Shown here one piece after another: positions 1 through 9,705 of a stretch of 64,000 nt of DNA (positions are counted from its first letter, which is position 1; every line of letters begins with the position of its first letter). Both the position numbers and the translations under genes were made by a program. A model generated the notes under the pieces. That model was not told the DNA's origin. It saw nothing but the letters and a program-made list of their open reading frames with translations, and ran no database searches. The stretch spans positions 1,068-65,067 of the forward strand of contig ONAT01000005.1 in assembly GCA_900315885.1 (NCBI GenBank). The letters run 5' to 3'. The DNA is from an uncultured Erysipelotrichaceae bacterium (GTDB lineage Bacteria > Bacillota_I > Bacilli_A > RFN20 > CAG-826).

Positions 1-30
1 ACGAAAGTGTATTAAAAAGGAGGGAAAGCC

Positions 31-639
31 ATGAACGATAACAATAAGAAAGAAGATGCGCGCGTCATACGTACGAAGCGCGATTTGGCCGATGCCTTGG
101 TCGAATTGCTTGCGGAAAAGAACTTTGACGATTTGTCGGTGAAAGATATTTCCGATAAAGCCCTCATCGCGAAAAACACGTTTTATAACAATTTCGCGGA
201 TAAGAATGAGTTACTCAGCTTTGTGATGGGACGTTATTACGATGTTGTCTATCGCGATTTAAAGCCGCTCCTCGAATCCTATCGTCCGTTCCCTTTTAAA
301 AGACGTGAGTTTTTCAAGAAGACCATCGCTTCGATCGTCCATTTCTTCTACGAGAAGCGCTTACCCTTCGACAAGATGGTGCAAGCCGACCATTCGCATG
401 CCCTCTACTGGGCCCTCAATCAATTAAGCCTTCAGCTCTTTGAAACCATCGTGGCCGAGTATCCTGCCCTCATTAACAAGAAGGGCGATGAGAAAATCAC
501 AATCTACTTCTATGCCGGCGGCGTGTCGAACTTAATCTACTCGATGCTGGATGAAGGCTACCGCAAGAACGAGAAAGACCTCTGCAATGAGATTTACCGT
601 CTTATCTATCCAACGGTCATCGAAACTCCTGTCATCTAA
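31..639 (+). CDS. TetR/AcrR family transcriptional regulator
   Basis: N-terminal HTH 'RTKRDLADALVELLAEKNFDDLSVKDISDKALIAKNTFYNNF'; RBS AGGAGG. Confidence 0.93.
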   Translation: MNDNNKKEDARVIRTKRDLADALVELLAEKNFDDLSVKDISDKALIAKNTFYNNFADKNELLSFVMGRYYDVVYRDLKPLLESYRPFPFKRREFFKKTIASIVHFFYEKRLPFDKMVQADHSHALYWALNQLSLQLFETIVAEYPALINKKGDEKITIYFYAGGVSNLIYSMLDEGYRKNEKDLCNEIYRLIYPTVIETPVI

Positions 640-980
640 ATGTCCATAGAAAAGGCGTAATAGGCGCTTTCCTTTTCCTTTAGAAGAAGTGGTGTAAGAA
701 TAGGCTGTAATCAATTTGAACGGATTGAGCGGCTTCTCGAATGTGTTAAAAAGAATTTGATAAGCTCTAATTGCGAGTCCAGTTTGTTAATTGAGCAGTC
801 AATATCTTATTTGACAAAATAAAAAAAGATGCGATGACGTCTGTCTTCTCTTGCTTGTGGGCACGCAATCACGAGCGATAAACTAATGAGCCGATTATAA
901 AATTCAAATCCCCTCAAACTTGCTTTGACCTCACGTAATCGAGTTTGCGGCTTCAACTTTTTCATTGAGTTTAGAACCAC

Positions 981-1191
981 TTACATCATTTTTAAATTAA
1001 GAACCTTTAAATTTTGACGTTCATCCTTTACTTCGGTGGTGGTTGATATAGTAAACAAGTTTTTAATATCCCAGTTTCTAAAGCCTTCACTTTTACAGGC
1101 AACACCACCTATAAACCCTAATAGTAATAATCCTGCTATTGTGCCACCGACAATAGCTCCAACATTTGTTTTTTCTGTAATATTTTGACAT
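981..1191 (-). pseudogene. Frameshifted small membrane protein of a decayed mobile module
   Basis: ATG at 1191 reads MSKYYRK. A shift in an A6 run restores TNVGAIVGGTIAGLLLLGFIGGVACKSEGFRNWDIKNLF, ending at TAA 981. Confidence 0.5.
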
Positions 1192-1193
1192 AA

Positions 1194-1388
1194 TTAGTCA
1201 TCCTTTCTTTTAAGATTTTTATAGTGTTTGTGATGAGCGGACAAACCTCTACCATAACCGCGAGTAGCCATAAATCTTGAACCCTTAGATTTAGCAATAG
1301 AATCGTAATCACTCCAGCCATTAGAGTATCCAATTCTATAAGCACTTCTAACTTCAGATTTATAATCTCTGAAAGATTTTTTACTCAT
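1194..1388 (-). CDS. Small basic hypothetical protein (mobile-element module)
   Basis: ORF track 1194..1433; RBS GAAAGGA precedes ATG 1388 (MSKKSFRDYKSEVRSAYRIGYSNGWSDY). Confidence 0.55.
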   Translation of the reverse strand: MSKKSFRDYKSEVRSAYRIGYSNGWSDYDSIAKSKGSRFMATRGYGRGLSAHHKHYKNLKRKDD

Positions 1389-1506
1389 AATGAGTCCTTT
1401 CTCCCACAAAAGTGGATATTTCGTAACAATCAACCCTCACTATTTTGTAACTTGAAGAACTAAATTCCGTTTTTAGAATTAAAAAAATATTTTGAAAGAC
1501 TAAATT

Positions 1507-1778
1507 TTATTTAGAGGCTTGTTTTCCAGCAAGAAACGGAATTATGTTTCCTTTTTCATCAGTCATTTCGGATGGTGTAATAACTAATTCAGCGGTTGCA
1601 TCGGTTAAAATACGATGTCTAAAATGTCGTAGCCGCCAATATCTTTTGGAGATAAACGTGCCTGAACTTCTTTCCCACGAATTTTTCCTTTAACGAAATG
1701 AGAGTAAAAATCCTTACCATCTTTTTGATAAGTTTCTCTTTCTACCATAAGATTTTTAATACTATTTTCTTTTGCCAT
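1507..1778 (-). pseudogene. Frameshifted hypothetical protein (mobile-element module, possibly ssDNA-binding)
   Basis: GAGG RBS, ATG 1778. Reads MAKENSIKNLMVERETYQKDGKDFYSHFVKGKIRGKEV...GGYDILDIVF to a stop; another frame continues TDATAELVITPSEMTDEKGNIIPF. Confidence 0.55.
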
Positions 1779-1926
1779 TTTTGATAAATACCTCACTAGT
1801 ACTTTCTTTAAATAAATTCTTGTGAATCGATTACCTCATTTATCGATTTTCACATCAGTTCATAATGGCAACTGACAAATGTATTGTAAAAAAACAGTAT
1901 TTTTGGAATAATTGGATATTTTGCTC

Positions 1927-1988
1927 TTGTTTCTGCTCATAAGCATCACTATACTATATTAAGTTATTGTACTAGTATCCAATAACTT
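1927..1988 (+). promoter_or_regulatory. sigmaA-like promoter with downstream inverted repeat (candidate TetR operator)
   Basis: TTGTTT-17-TATACT (1927-1955), then AAGTTATTG-N10-CAATAACTT (1961-1988) before the ABC RBS. Confidence 0.55.
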
Positions 1989-2005
1989 TATAGGAGTTCA
2001 AGAAC

Positions 2006-2935
2006 ATGAAACATGTAATCGAAATCAATCACCTGACAAAAAACTATGGCCAGGGACGTGGCGTCTTCGACGTCAACTTCTATGTCAATGAAGGCGAGGT
2101 ATTCGGCTTCTTAGGTCCGAACGGCGCTGGCAAATCAACCACCATCCGCCACTTAATGGGCTTCTCGATTCCCGATTCTGGCGAAACGCTCATCAATGGT
2201 GTCTCCTCACTCAAGGAACGCGACATCATCATGCAAGGCGTGAGTTATATCCCGGGCGAAGTCGCCCTTCCCTTAGAACTCACGGGAAAAGAAGTCATCG
2301 AGGAACAGAAGAAACTCAAGAATGTCACCGATGACACGATGCTCAACTGGCTCATCCAAGAGTTTGAGTTGGACCCATCTCTCCGCTGCAAAAGCATGTC
2401 GCTTGGCATGAAGCGAAAAATGGCGATCGTCTGCGCCTTCATGAACGACCCAGATCTCATCATCATGGACGAGCCTTCCAGTGGCCTTGACCCCGAGATG
2501 CAAGCCAAGTTCGTCGAACTCATCAAGTTAGAGAAAAGGCGCGGAAAAACCATCCTCCTCTCCTCCCACATCTTCTCGGAGGTCGACGCCGTCTGCGACC
2601 GCATCGCCGTCATCAAGGACGGCAAAATCGTTTCCCTCTTCGTGGCAGATGAGCTCAAACACAAAGCAGAAAAGCGATATAGAGTCCTCTATAAAACGCC
2701 TGCTTATGCAGAAGAGGCGAAAAAAGCGATCCTCGCGAAAGGCTTCGATGCTAGAAACAGTTCTTCGAATCCATCTCTCCTCCACTGCACCTGCAACGAA
2801 GATAAGTTAGCCTCCTTCTTCGGCGTCATTCCACACGACGGCCTCGTCGACCTAAGCGAAAAGAAAGAGACCTTAGAGGACTACTTCATGAGCTTCTACA
2901 AAGAAGACCTCACCTATGGAGGTGTCAGCAAATGA
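2006..2935 (+). CDS. ABC exporter ATP-binding protein
   Basis: Walker A GPNGAGKST, signature MSLGM, Walker B IIMDEP, H-loop SSH. Confidence 0.95.
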   Translation: MKHVIEINHLTKNYGQGRGVFDVNFYVNEGEVFGFLGPNGAGKSTTIRHLMGFSIPDSGETLINGVSSLKERDIIMQGVSYIPGEVALPLELTGKEVIEEQKKLKNVTDDTMLNWLIQEFELDPSLRCKSMSLGMKRKMAIVCAFMNDPDLIIMDEPSSGLDPEMQAKFVELIKLEKRRGKTILLSSHIFSEVDAVCDRIAVIKDGKIVSLFVADELKHKAEKRYRVLYKTPAYAEEAKKAILAKGFDARNSSSNPSLLHCTCNEDKLASFFGVIPHDGLVDLSEKKETLEDYFMSFYKEDLTYGGVSK

Positions 2936-3858
2936 ATGACGAAAAAGTAATCACGATTGAGAACGTAACGAAGAACTACGGCCAAGGCCGTGGCAACTTC
3001 GACATTAATATCGACCTACATAGAGGCGAAACCATCGGTATCGTCGGCGAGAACGGGGCAGGAAAAACCACGTTGCTCCGTCAGATTATGGGGTTCCTTA
3101 GAAGCGACTCCGGCAACATCGAAATCTATGGCCGCAACGCCTGGAACGATGCCGCGGATGCGAAGCAGTTCATCGGTTACATCCCTGGCGAAATCAACTT
3201 CCCAGACGTACCGACCGGCATCGACTTCCTTCATCAATATGGGGCGTCGCTTGGTATGAAGTCAGAGGACTTCGCCTATGCCGACGAAATCATCAAGCGC
3301 ATGCAGCTAGACATTCGCGCTTACCCACGCCGCATGTCCAAAGGCATGAAGCAAAAGACATCCATCGTCGCGGCCTTCATGTTGAAGTCGCCAATCCTTT
3401 TGCTCGACGAGCCATCTACGGGCCTTGACCCGCTGATGCGAGAGGAGCTCCTCGAACTCATCTTGGAGCAAAAGAAACGAGGAGCCTCCATCATCGTCAC
3501 CAGCAATGCGATTGAAGAGCTCGAAAGGGTATGCGATACCGTCCTCCTTATGAGCCATGGACAAATCTTAGATACGGCCAACATGGAAGAAATCAAAAAT
3601 CGCCCTTACCGAGATTACAAAGTCGAGTTCTTGGACGAAAACGAATATGAAGCCTTCACCAAGAAACACACCAACATCATCAGGATCCAGCCGCAATATC
3701 ACCAAGCGACCATCCGCGTCCATAAAGACAACATTCCCGCGCTCCTCGATGAACTCAGCAATAAGAAGTTCAAGTTCATGACGGAAGTGCCATATACCCT
3801 CGCCACCTATTTCACGGAAAACCGTAAAGCAAAGGAGATCAACCAACATGCCGAATAA
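2932..3858 (+). CDS. ABC exporter ATP-binding protein (second paralog)
   Basis: GENGAGKTT, MSKGM, LLLDEP; switch His replaced (VTSN); ATGA overlap with the upstream gene. Confidence 0.93.
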   Translation: MNDEKVITIENVTKNYGQGRGNFDINIDLHRGETIGIVGENGAGKTTLLRQIMGFLRSDSGNIEIYGRNAWNDAADAKQFIGYIPGEINFPDVPTGIDFLHQYGASLGMKSEDFAYADEIIKRMQLDIRAYPRRMSKGMKQKTSIVAAFMLKSPILLLDEPSTGLDPLMREELLELILEQKKRGASIIVTSNAIEELERVCDTVLLMSHGQILDTANMEEIKNRPYRDYKVEFLDENEYEAFTKKHTNIIRIQPQYHQATIRVHKDNIPALLDELSNKKFKFMTEVPYTLATYFTENRKAKEINQHAE

Positions 3859-6523
3859 AGAAATCAAAAAGACAACCGCTACCAAAAAGGCTACGGAAAA
3901 GAAAGTCGCCAAAAAGAAAAGCACCATCGCGATGCCAAAAGAAGAAGTAAAGGTCGTGGAGTCGGCCAAGAAAAAGGCTGCTACCAAAAAGAAAGTAGCA
4001 ACCCCCCTCGCCGCTTCTGTCAAAAAAGCTCCTGCGAAAAAGGTCGCCCCAGAAGTCAAAGAAGAACCGAAGAAAGAGGAGGCTCCACTCATTGTCCCTG
4101 AGGAGGTCCTCACCATGGAAAGCAAAGAGGCCAAGCCTCTGGTCATGCCAGAGTCCGTCAAGAAAGCGGAAAAGAAGAAAAAGAAACATTCTCCCCTCTT
4201 TTCCTGGGCGCTCTTCAAGGAATCCCTCAAATCAAGAAAGAGAAGCTTGATCATCGCTTCGGCCGGTAATGTCGCCATCATGGTCATCTTGATTGGTATT
4301 CTTTCCACCCTAAACGTCAATTCCACCGCAAACGCCTTAAGAAACCTCTTCAACAACGCAGATACCGAAACCACCATCAAGAGTGGCGCCATCTCCTACT
4401 ACAGCGCCTTCAAAGGTTTCGCCGATGCGGATACCCAGTTCAGCGCGAACGAAGAGAAACTCCAAGCCGTTGTCGGTCAAGCGATTGACCAGGTCAATGA
4501 CGCGACGCTTAACAGCCAGATTAATACCCTTAGCCTCCTATATAACGTCACCTACCGCTTAACCAATGGCGATGACGCCACCAAAGCGCAGACCGCGAAA
4601 AACGCGATTATTACCGCAGCCAAAGCGGACTTAAATGGCGATACCTCCAAATCCGAAGAGGAGAAAGAAATCGCGATCGCTGTCCTCGACGCCTTCTATG
4701 ATGTCTATGGTCAGAACAAAGCTAGCGGCACCGAAGAAAGCAACGCTGTCGTTTTAAAGAAAGCCATTCCGACCGGCATGTCCAAAGGACTTGCCTCTCT
4801 TTACACCTTAGACGAAAAGGAAGAGGCGGATGTCCTCGCTTCCTTCCAGAACGCTTTCACCAAGGCGTTCGGAGAAGGCACAACCGCCCCAACCGATGAG
4901 GTCAAAGCCCAGGCCGAAATCGAAACTGCCTTCACCCTCATCAAGCTTCTTTCTCAGAACGACGAGAATAGCGCTACCTTCGTCGCGATGACCGTGGACG
5001 CTCTCCAAAAGGTCTACACAACCAACGTCAAAGATGACGAAGAAGCCTCCAAAACCGCCTACATTGTCGACCATACGCTTCACGACAAAACCCTTGCCAA
5101 TACCGCCGTCACCTACGCGATGGAGACGGTGAGCGAACTTGCTTACTATCAGTTCCTCCCATCCTTCACCGTCGAATATAAGACCAGCGATCTAGGCTAC
5201 CCAATCACCTATGTCCCAACGGGCGAATATGGCGAGGATGGCGAGGCCATCTACACCGCCAAGGAAATCAAAGTCTATAACCCAGACGTCTACGTCAAAG
5301 TCGACGCCAAGATGGGTACCGACGCCAATATGGCGCAAAAGATGCATAAGGACGTCTTGACCGGCGAAGACTATGACGAAGAAACGGTCTCCAAAGCCAA
5401 AGAAGAAGCCGCGGATGCCGTCAAAGTCATCGAAAAAGAACTACATTCCTTCGCGGATGAGTTCATCGCTCGTGACGAAAACAATCAAAACACCTACTAC
5501 GATGGCAGCAATGTCCTCAGCGCCGCCATTGAAGAAAAGGCTGTCGACCTCGTAAGCAAAGCGGCCGAACAGCAGGTCGTCGATTCCTATAACGAATCCC
5601 ATAAGAGACAGATCGTCTCCGCTTACGATATCTCCGGTAAAGATGAATCGATGTCGGGCAAGGAGATGATGGATACCGTCAGAGCCTACGCCTATAGCGG
5701 CATCGCCTCCTATAACTCCTACCTCGCCTCCGCGGCCTCTAGTCACCCAGACTACACCCTCATCCAGCAAGAGATGATTGCCATCACAAAAGGTGGACTC
5801 GGCATCATCGACCAGCTCCCAACCTTAGTTGGCGACTCCCTTAGCGAAATGGGCAACATGAATACCTATGGCATCATCGTTGGCTCCGTCGGCTTCGGCA
5901 TTGCCTGCCTCCTCATCCCAATGGTTTATACCATTCTCACCGCGACCGACCTCGTTGCCTCTAAGGTCGAATCCGGTTCGCTTGCCTTCACCCTCTCCAC
6001 GCCTACCCCACGCAAGTCCTTCATCTTCACCGAAATGACCTACCTCTTATTCACGGAGTTTGTGATGGGTGCGAGCTTGCTTCTCGCTGCCATTTTGACT
6101 CAGGTAATCGGTATTGCCTGCGGCTCTGCTGACTTAGCGGATTCGCTCCCAATCAAGGATATTTGCTACTACGCCCTCGGTAATTTCTTAATCACCATCG
6201 CGATCAGCGGCATCAATTTCCTTACTTCTTCTTGGGCCAACAAGACCAACAATTCCATCGGCGTTGGCGGAGGCATCACCATCTTCTTCTTCATCTGCGC
6301 GATCCTTGGCTTATTCGGCACCGAAGCCATCCCAGCCACCGTTCGCATCTCCGGCATGTCCTTCTTCAACTACATCACCGTCACCTCTTGCTTCGATGCG
6401 GTCTCGGTCATGCACGGCGATATGACCACCTATTGGTGGAAGATCTTAATCACCCTTGGCATTGCCTTAGCCACCTATGCGGTCAGCTTCTACAAATTCA
6501 CCAAGAAAGACCTCCCACTCTAA
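3848..6523 (+). CDS. ABC-2 type permease with Lys-rich N-terminus and very large extracytoplasmic loop
   Basis: One TM near aa 135-155; C-terminal TM bundle with 'VESGSLAFTLSTPTPR' and terminal 'FTKKDLPL', typical of ABC-2 permeases. Confidence 0.85.
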   Translation: MPNKEIKKTTATKKATEKKVAKKKSTIAMPKEEVKVVESAKKKAATKKKVATPLAASVKKAPAKKVAPEVKEEPKKEEAPLIVPEEVLTMESKEAKPLVMPESVKKAEKKKKKHSPLFSWALFKESLKSRKRSLIIASAGNVAIMVILIGILSTLNVNSTANALRNLFNNADTETTIKSGAISYYSAFKGFADADTQFSANEEKLQAVVGQAIDQVNDATLNSQINTLSLLYNVTYRLTNGDDATKAQTAKNAIITAAKADLNGDTSKSEEEKEIAIAVLDAFYDVYGQNKASGTEESNAVVLKKAIPTGMSKGLASLYTLDEKEEADVLASFQNAFTKAFGEGTTAPTDEVKAQAEIETAFTLIKLLSQNDENSATFVAMTVDALQKVYTTNVKDDEEASKTAYIVDHTLHDKTLANTAVTYAMETVSELAYYQFLPSFTVEYKTSDLGYPITYVPTGEYGEDGEAIYTAKEIKVYNPDVYVKVDAKMGTDANMAQKMHKDVLTGEDYDEETVSKAKEEAADAVKVIEKELHSFADEFIARDENNQNTYYDGSNVLSAAIEEKAVDLVSKAAEQQVVDSYNESHKRQIVSAYDISGKDESMSGKEMMDTVRAYAYSGIASYNSYLASAASSHPDYTLIQQEMIAITKGGLGIIDQLPTLVGDSLSEMGNMNTYGIIVGSVGFGIACLLIPMVYTILTATDLVASKVESGSLAFTLSTPTPRKSFIFTEMTYLLFTEFVMGASLLLAAILTQVIGIACGSADLADSLPIKDICYYALGNFLITIAISGINFLTSSWANKTNNSIGVGGGITIFFFICAILGLFGTEAIPATVRISGMSFFNYITVTSCFDAVSVMHGDMTTYWWKILITLGIALATYAVSFYKFTKKDLPL

Positions 6524-6547
6524 TTCAAAAATTTCCATATACACATC

Positions 6548-6580
6548 GGGGCGATAGCGTCGACTACCGCTCCTTTTCTT
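6548..6580 (+). terminator. Rho-independent terminator of the ABC operon
   Basis: GGGGCGATAG-cgtcga-CTACCGCTCC followed by a T-run. Confidence 0.75.
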
Positions 6581-6911
6581 TATCCTTTTTTCTATAGCAA
6601 GCGCATACATGAAAGTGAAAGTCCTTTCATTTTCTTGTTGACATAACATTGCTAGTGGAGCAATCTTTTTGATAGTAATACCATCAATATGGATTTAAAG
6701 ATTTAACCTAGCGTGAGGGCCTGATCCAACGCTATACCGAAATTCCAATGCCGATTTCGCTGCAAAAATACGAAATATAGACTCTTTTTGTTGGTTTGAG
6801 TTTAAACCTCGTGTCCCTCCAGTTTTTTATGGGGTTTTTATGTAGCCTGTTATTAGTGTGCTTTTGATTTATTAACTCTATTAAATATAGCAAATAATGC
6901 TTAAGAATAAG

Positions 6912-6940
6912 AAAAGACACATACATTTTGTACGTGTCTC
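6912..6940 (-). terminator. Terminator downstream of tRNA-Ser(GGA)
   Basis: Minus strand GAGACACGTAC-aaaat-GTATGTGTCTTTT. Confidence 0.65.
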
Positions 6941-6952
6941 GACAATCGGAGA

Positions 6953-7043
6953 TGGCGGAGAAAGAGGGATTTGAACCCTCGCACCCTGTTACAAGTCTAC
7001 TAGCTTTCCAAGCCAGCCCCTTCAACCACTTGGGTATTTCTCC
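6953..7043 (-). tRNA. tRNA-Ser (anticodon GGA)
   Basis: Reverse complement GGAGAAATACCCAAGTGGTTGAAGGGGCTGGCTT-GGA-AAGCTAGT...long variable arm...GGTTCAAATCCCTCTTTCTCCGCCA, encoded CCA. Confidence 0.97.
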
Positions 7044-7139
7044 AACGGTTGTTATTATAGCAAGAAATTATATTTTTGTCATTAGTTTTTGCAATTATGA
7101 CTTAAATAAGTCATAATGTTATTGTTTAAGGTGAAAAAA

Positions 7140-8105
7140 ATGAAAGATTTAGTTATTAGTAAAGAAAATGAAGGTCAACGTGTAGATAAATTTGTACGTA
7201 AGTATTTAAATGACGCTCCACTTTCTTTTGTGTATAAAACTTTTAGAAAAAAAGATGTTAAAGTAAATGGTCATTGGGTTAACATTGATTACATTTTGAA
7301 AAAAGATGATGTGTTAAGAATTTATGTTACTGACAGTCAATTATTAGAATTTAATAATCCTAAGCCAATTGAAAATGTAAAATTTAATCATGAAATAATC
7401 TATGAAGATGAAAACATTTTAATTGTTAATAAGCCAAGAGGATTATTAGTGCATGGTGATAGTAATGAAAAACGTTTAACATTATCAAATCAAGTGCTCA
7501 ATTATTTGTATTCTAAAGGTGACTATAATCCAAATGATAATTATGGCTTTGTGCCAGCACCAGCACATCGAATTGACCGCAACACATCGGGCTTAGTAAT
7601 ATTTGGTAAGACGATAAAAGCTCTTCAAATATTACTAGGCTTATTTAAAGATAAAGACAACTTAGAAAAAACTTACTTAGCTTTAGTTGTTGGACATGTA
7701 GATAAAGCCGGAGATATTAATGCACCACTTATCAAAGATGAAAACAGCGGACTTGTTAAAGTTGATTTCCATTCTAAGAATTCAAAACAAGCTATTTCGC
7801 ATTATGAAGTTGAGCGTTATTTTGCAAACTATTCACTTGTCAATGTGACTATTTTAACAGGTAGAACACATCAAATTAGAGTGCATATGAATTATATCGG
7901 TCACCCAGTCGTAGGTGATGGGAAATATGGTGATTTTAAAGTAAATAAAATCTTTAAATCAGAATATAATTTTGAAAATCAATTCTTACATGCAAGAAGG
8001 ATTCATTTCTTAGAAATACCAGGAGTTTTAAGCTATTTGAGCAATAAAACTTTTGTAGCCAAACTTACTCGTGAAGAAGAAAAGATTATTAACAATTTAA
8101 AATAA
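7140..8105 (+). CDS. RluA/RluD family 23S rRNA pseudouridine synthase
   Basis: S4 domain 'QRVDKFVRKYL', 'NKPRGLLVH', catalytic 'HRIDRNTSG', 'TGRTHQIRVH'. Confidence 0.95.
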   Translation: MKDLVISKENEGQRVDKFVRKYLNDAPLSFVYKTFRKKDVKVNGHWVNIDYILKKDDVLRIYVTDSQLLEFNNPKPIENVKFNHEIIYEDENILIVNKPRGLLVHGDSNEKRLTLSNQVLNYLYSKGDYNPNDNYGFVPAPAHRIDRNTSGLVIFGKTIKALQILLGLFKDKDNLEKTYLALVVGHVDKAGDINAPLIKDENSGLVKVDFHSKNSKQAISHYEVERYFANYSLVNVTILTGRTHQIRVHMNYIGHPVVGDGKYGDFKVNKIFKSEYNFENQFLHARRIHFLEIPGVLSYLSNKTFVAKLTREEEKIINNLK

Positions 8106-8114
8106 GGAGAGTTT

Positions 8115-8618
8115 ATGGTATCGGTAACACTAATTTACTTATTATTAAACATACTTTTAATTATAAGCATAGTGTTTTCAAACGCCTTTAAAGCGCGTGT
8201 TTTATCAACGACTTTTTTCCTTGTTGATTTAGTGATTATCTTAATCAAAGTGTTTGATAAATATATTAATGGTAATCTCTTAGAAAATTCTTTAATTAAT
8301 TTAATCTATTCCCTAAATTTAACCGATAGCAGTTCACGTTATGTTTTGTTCTTTGCAGGACTAATCGTTTTGCTTCAATGCTTTGTTTTATGGATCACTT
8401 TATATGCTTTGTTTCGAAGATTTGTGCCTTATCAACCACCAATCTTGTTATCAAAGCACGAAGAAAGAAATATATTTTATGAATCATTATTTTGGAAAAT
8501 CGTATTGTTTTTAACTACGAATTTTTTAATGATTTTTACTTTGCGTATAGTTAATTACGCTGCCGATTTAGAATACGGCTTTTTAGAGATTATTTTCTCT
8601 TTTGGATTTGGGGTGTAG
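8115..8618 (+). CDS. Hypothetical membrane protein
   Basis: AAGGAG RBS; about 4 hydrophobic segments. Confidence 0.75.
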   Translation: MVSVTLIYLLLNILLIISIVFSNAFKARVLSTTFFLVDLVIILIKVFDKYINGNLLENSLINLIYSLNLTDSSSRYVLFFAGLIVLLQCFVLWITLYALFRRFVPYQPPILLSKHEERNIFYESLFWKIVLFLTTNFLMIFTLRIVNYAADLEYGFLEIIFSFGFGV

Positions 8619-8622
8619 CGTT

Positions 8623-9705
8623 ATGAATCCACGTGAGAAAGTATTGCTTTTAGCTGAAATGTTTGGCGTTGATGTTAGCGATAAAATTTCGGATGTCTTA
8701 AAAGAAATTGAAAATAACAACCATTATAAGCAATTAGTCATTAACGTTGAGATGGCTAAGAAATATCAAGTGCCATATTCGCAAAACTTTTTAAAAGAAT
8801 ATGAAGAAACGAAATTAGCTAATATCAGTTCTTTTAAAGACGCACTTGTTGCAAGAGCAAAAATTGATTATTTATATCAAATATCGCAACCCAAATATTT
8901 TATTAATCCAATAATGTTTAATCCTCTTGAAATGTCGACAAACATTACCACAATTGGAGAATTGCCTTGCTATTTTAAGAATAAAGAATATTCAATTAAT
9001 CAATTAATTGTTAATCCTGATATTAAATATAATGACAAAATTAAAGTGATTAAAGAATTAACAAATAAGTGGAGAGAAGATGCTAAAAACACTGTTATTG
9101 ATGAAATAAACCACCAGTTGATGGGTAAAAAACAAAACAAATTAAAAAATATAGTTTATGCCTTTAAACGAGGATTAGTTTTTTATATCTTTATTATTTT
9201 AGGTGTAGCATTATTTTTAGTGACTATTTTCTCGTCTTCGGAATTTTTCCATTCTGTTGTGCACGATACAAATGTGACAAGCATTGCCTTTTTCATTTAC
9301 TCGATTATTTTGTTTTTGTTCATGGGTGCGGATGCTTTAGACGCTCACGCAGAAAGGTCGCGTACATTTGAAAAAGAATATTGCTTGTATTATTTAAAGA
9401 GCCATGCTTATTTAGCTATTACAAACTTAGAAGATGCTGCATTTAATATAAGAGAATTACTAATTAAAGGAATTAAAGAAAAGAAACCAGTTGATACCAA
9501 TATTACCAAAATCAACTATTTAGTTAATTTTAGACGTATCGTTTTATTCTTAAATCTAGATGATAAAGAAATAGATGAAAATATGGAATCTTTGTTAAAT
9601 GTATATCACGGTATTAGAGTTACAATGCTCGTTACGTTTATTTTATCATTCTTGTTCTATGGATTGTGCCTTGTTATTTCGTTACTAAATGGAGGTGTCA
9701 TTTAA
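8623..9705 (+). CDS. Hypothetical membrane protein
   Basis: Long ORF, soluble N-terminal half plus 3 TM segments, tightly coupled to neighbours. Confidence 0.75.
   Translation: MNPREKVLLLAEMFGVDVSDKISDVLKEIENNNHYKQLVINVEMAKKYQVPYSQNFLKEYEETKLANISSFKDALVARAKIDYLYQISQPKYFINPIMFNPLEMSTNITTIGELPCYFKNKEYSINQLIVNPDIKYNDKIKVIKELTNKWREDAKNTVIDEINHQLMGKKQNKLKNIVYAFKRGLVFYIFIILGVALFLVTIFSSSEFFHSVVHDTNVTSIAFFIYSIILFLFMGADALDAHAERSRTFEKEYCLYYLKSHAYLAITNLEDAAFNIRELLIKGIKEKKPVDTNITKINYLVNFRRIVLFLNLDDKEIDENMESLLNVYHGIRVTMLVTFILSFLFYGLCLVISLLNGGVI

Larger units (their letters stand above)
1..6952. mobile_element. Probable genomic island 3' of tRNA-Ser(GGA); left end outside the window
   Basis: TetR and ABC genes are visibly GC-richer, with C-ending codons (ATC, TTC, GCC), than genes after 7100. 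The block abuts the tRNA 3' end and contains decayed small ORFs. No integrase is seen in the window. Confidence 0.6.

Noticed and set aside
880-915. TTCAAATCCCCTC resembling a tRNA T-arm or att duplication
   Set aside because: Opposite orientation to the tRNA-Ser genes, no acceptor stem or cloverleaf
920-955. Minus-strand GCAAACTC...GAGGTCAAAGC resembling a c-di-GMP-I riboswitch
   Set aside because: No GNRA tetraloop, receptor or second stem
2245-6649. Many overlapping ORFs within the ABC genes (e.g. 3568..4392, 274 aa)
   Set aside because: Antisense or alternate-frame shadows of GC-richer real genes; no RBS or motifs
6732-7116. ORFs 6732..7025 and 6928..7116
   Set aside because: They overlap tRNA-Ser; spurious
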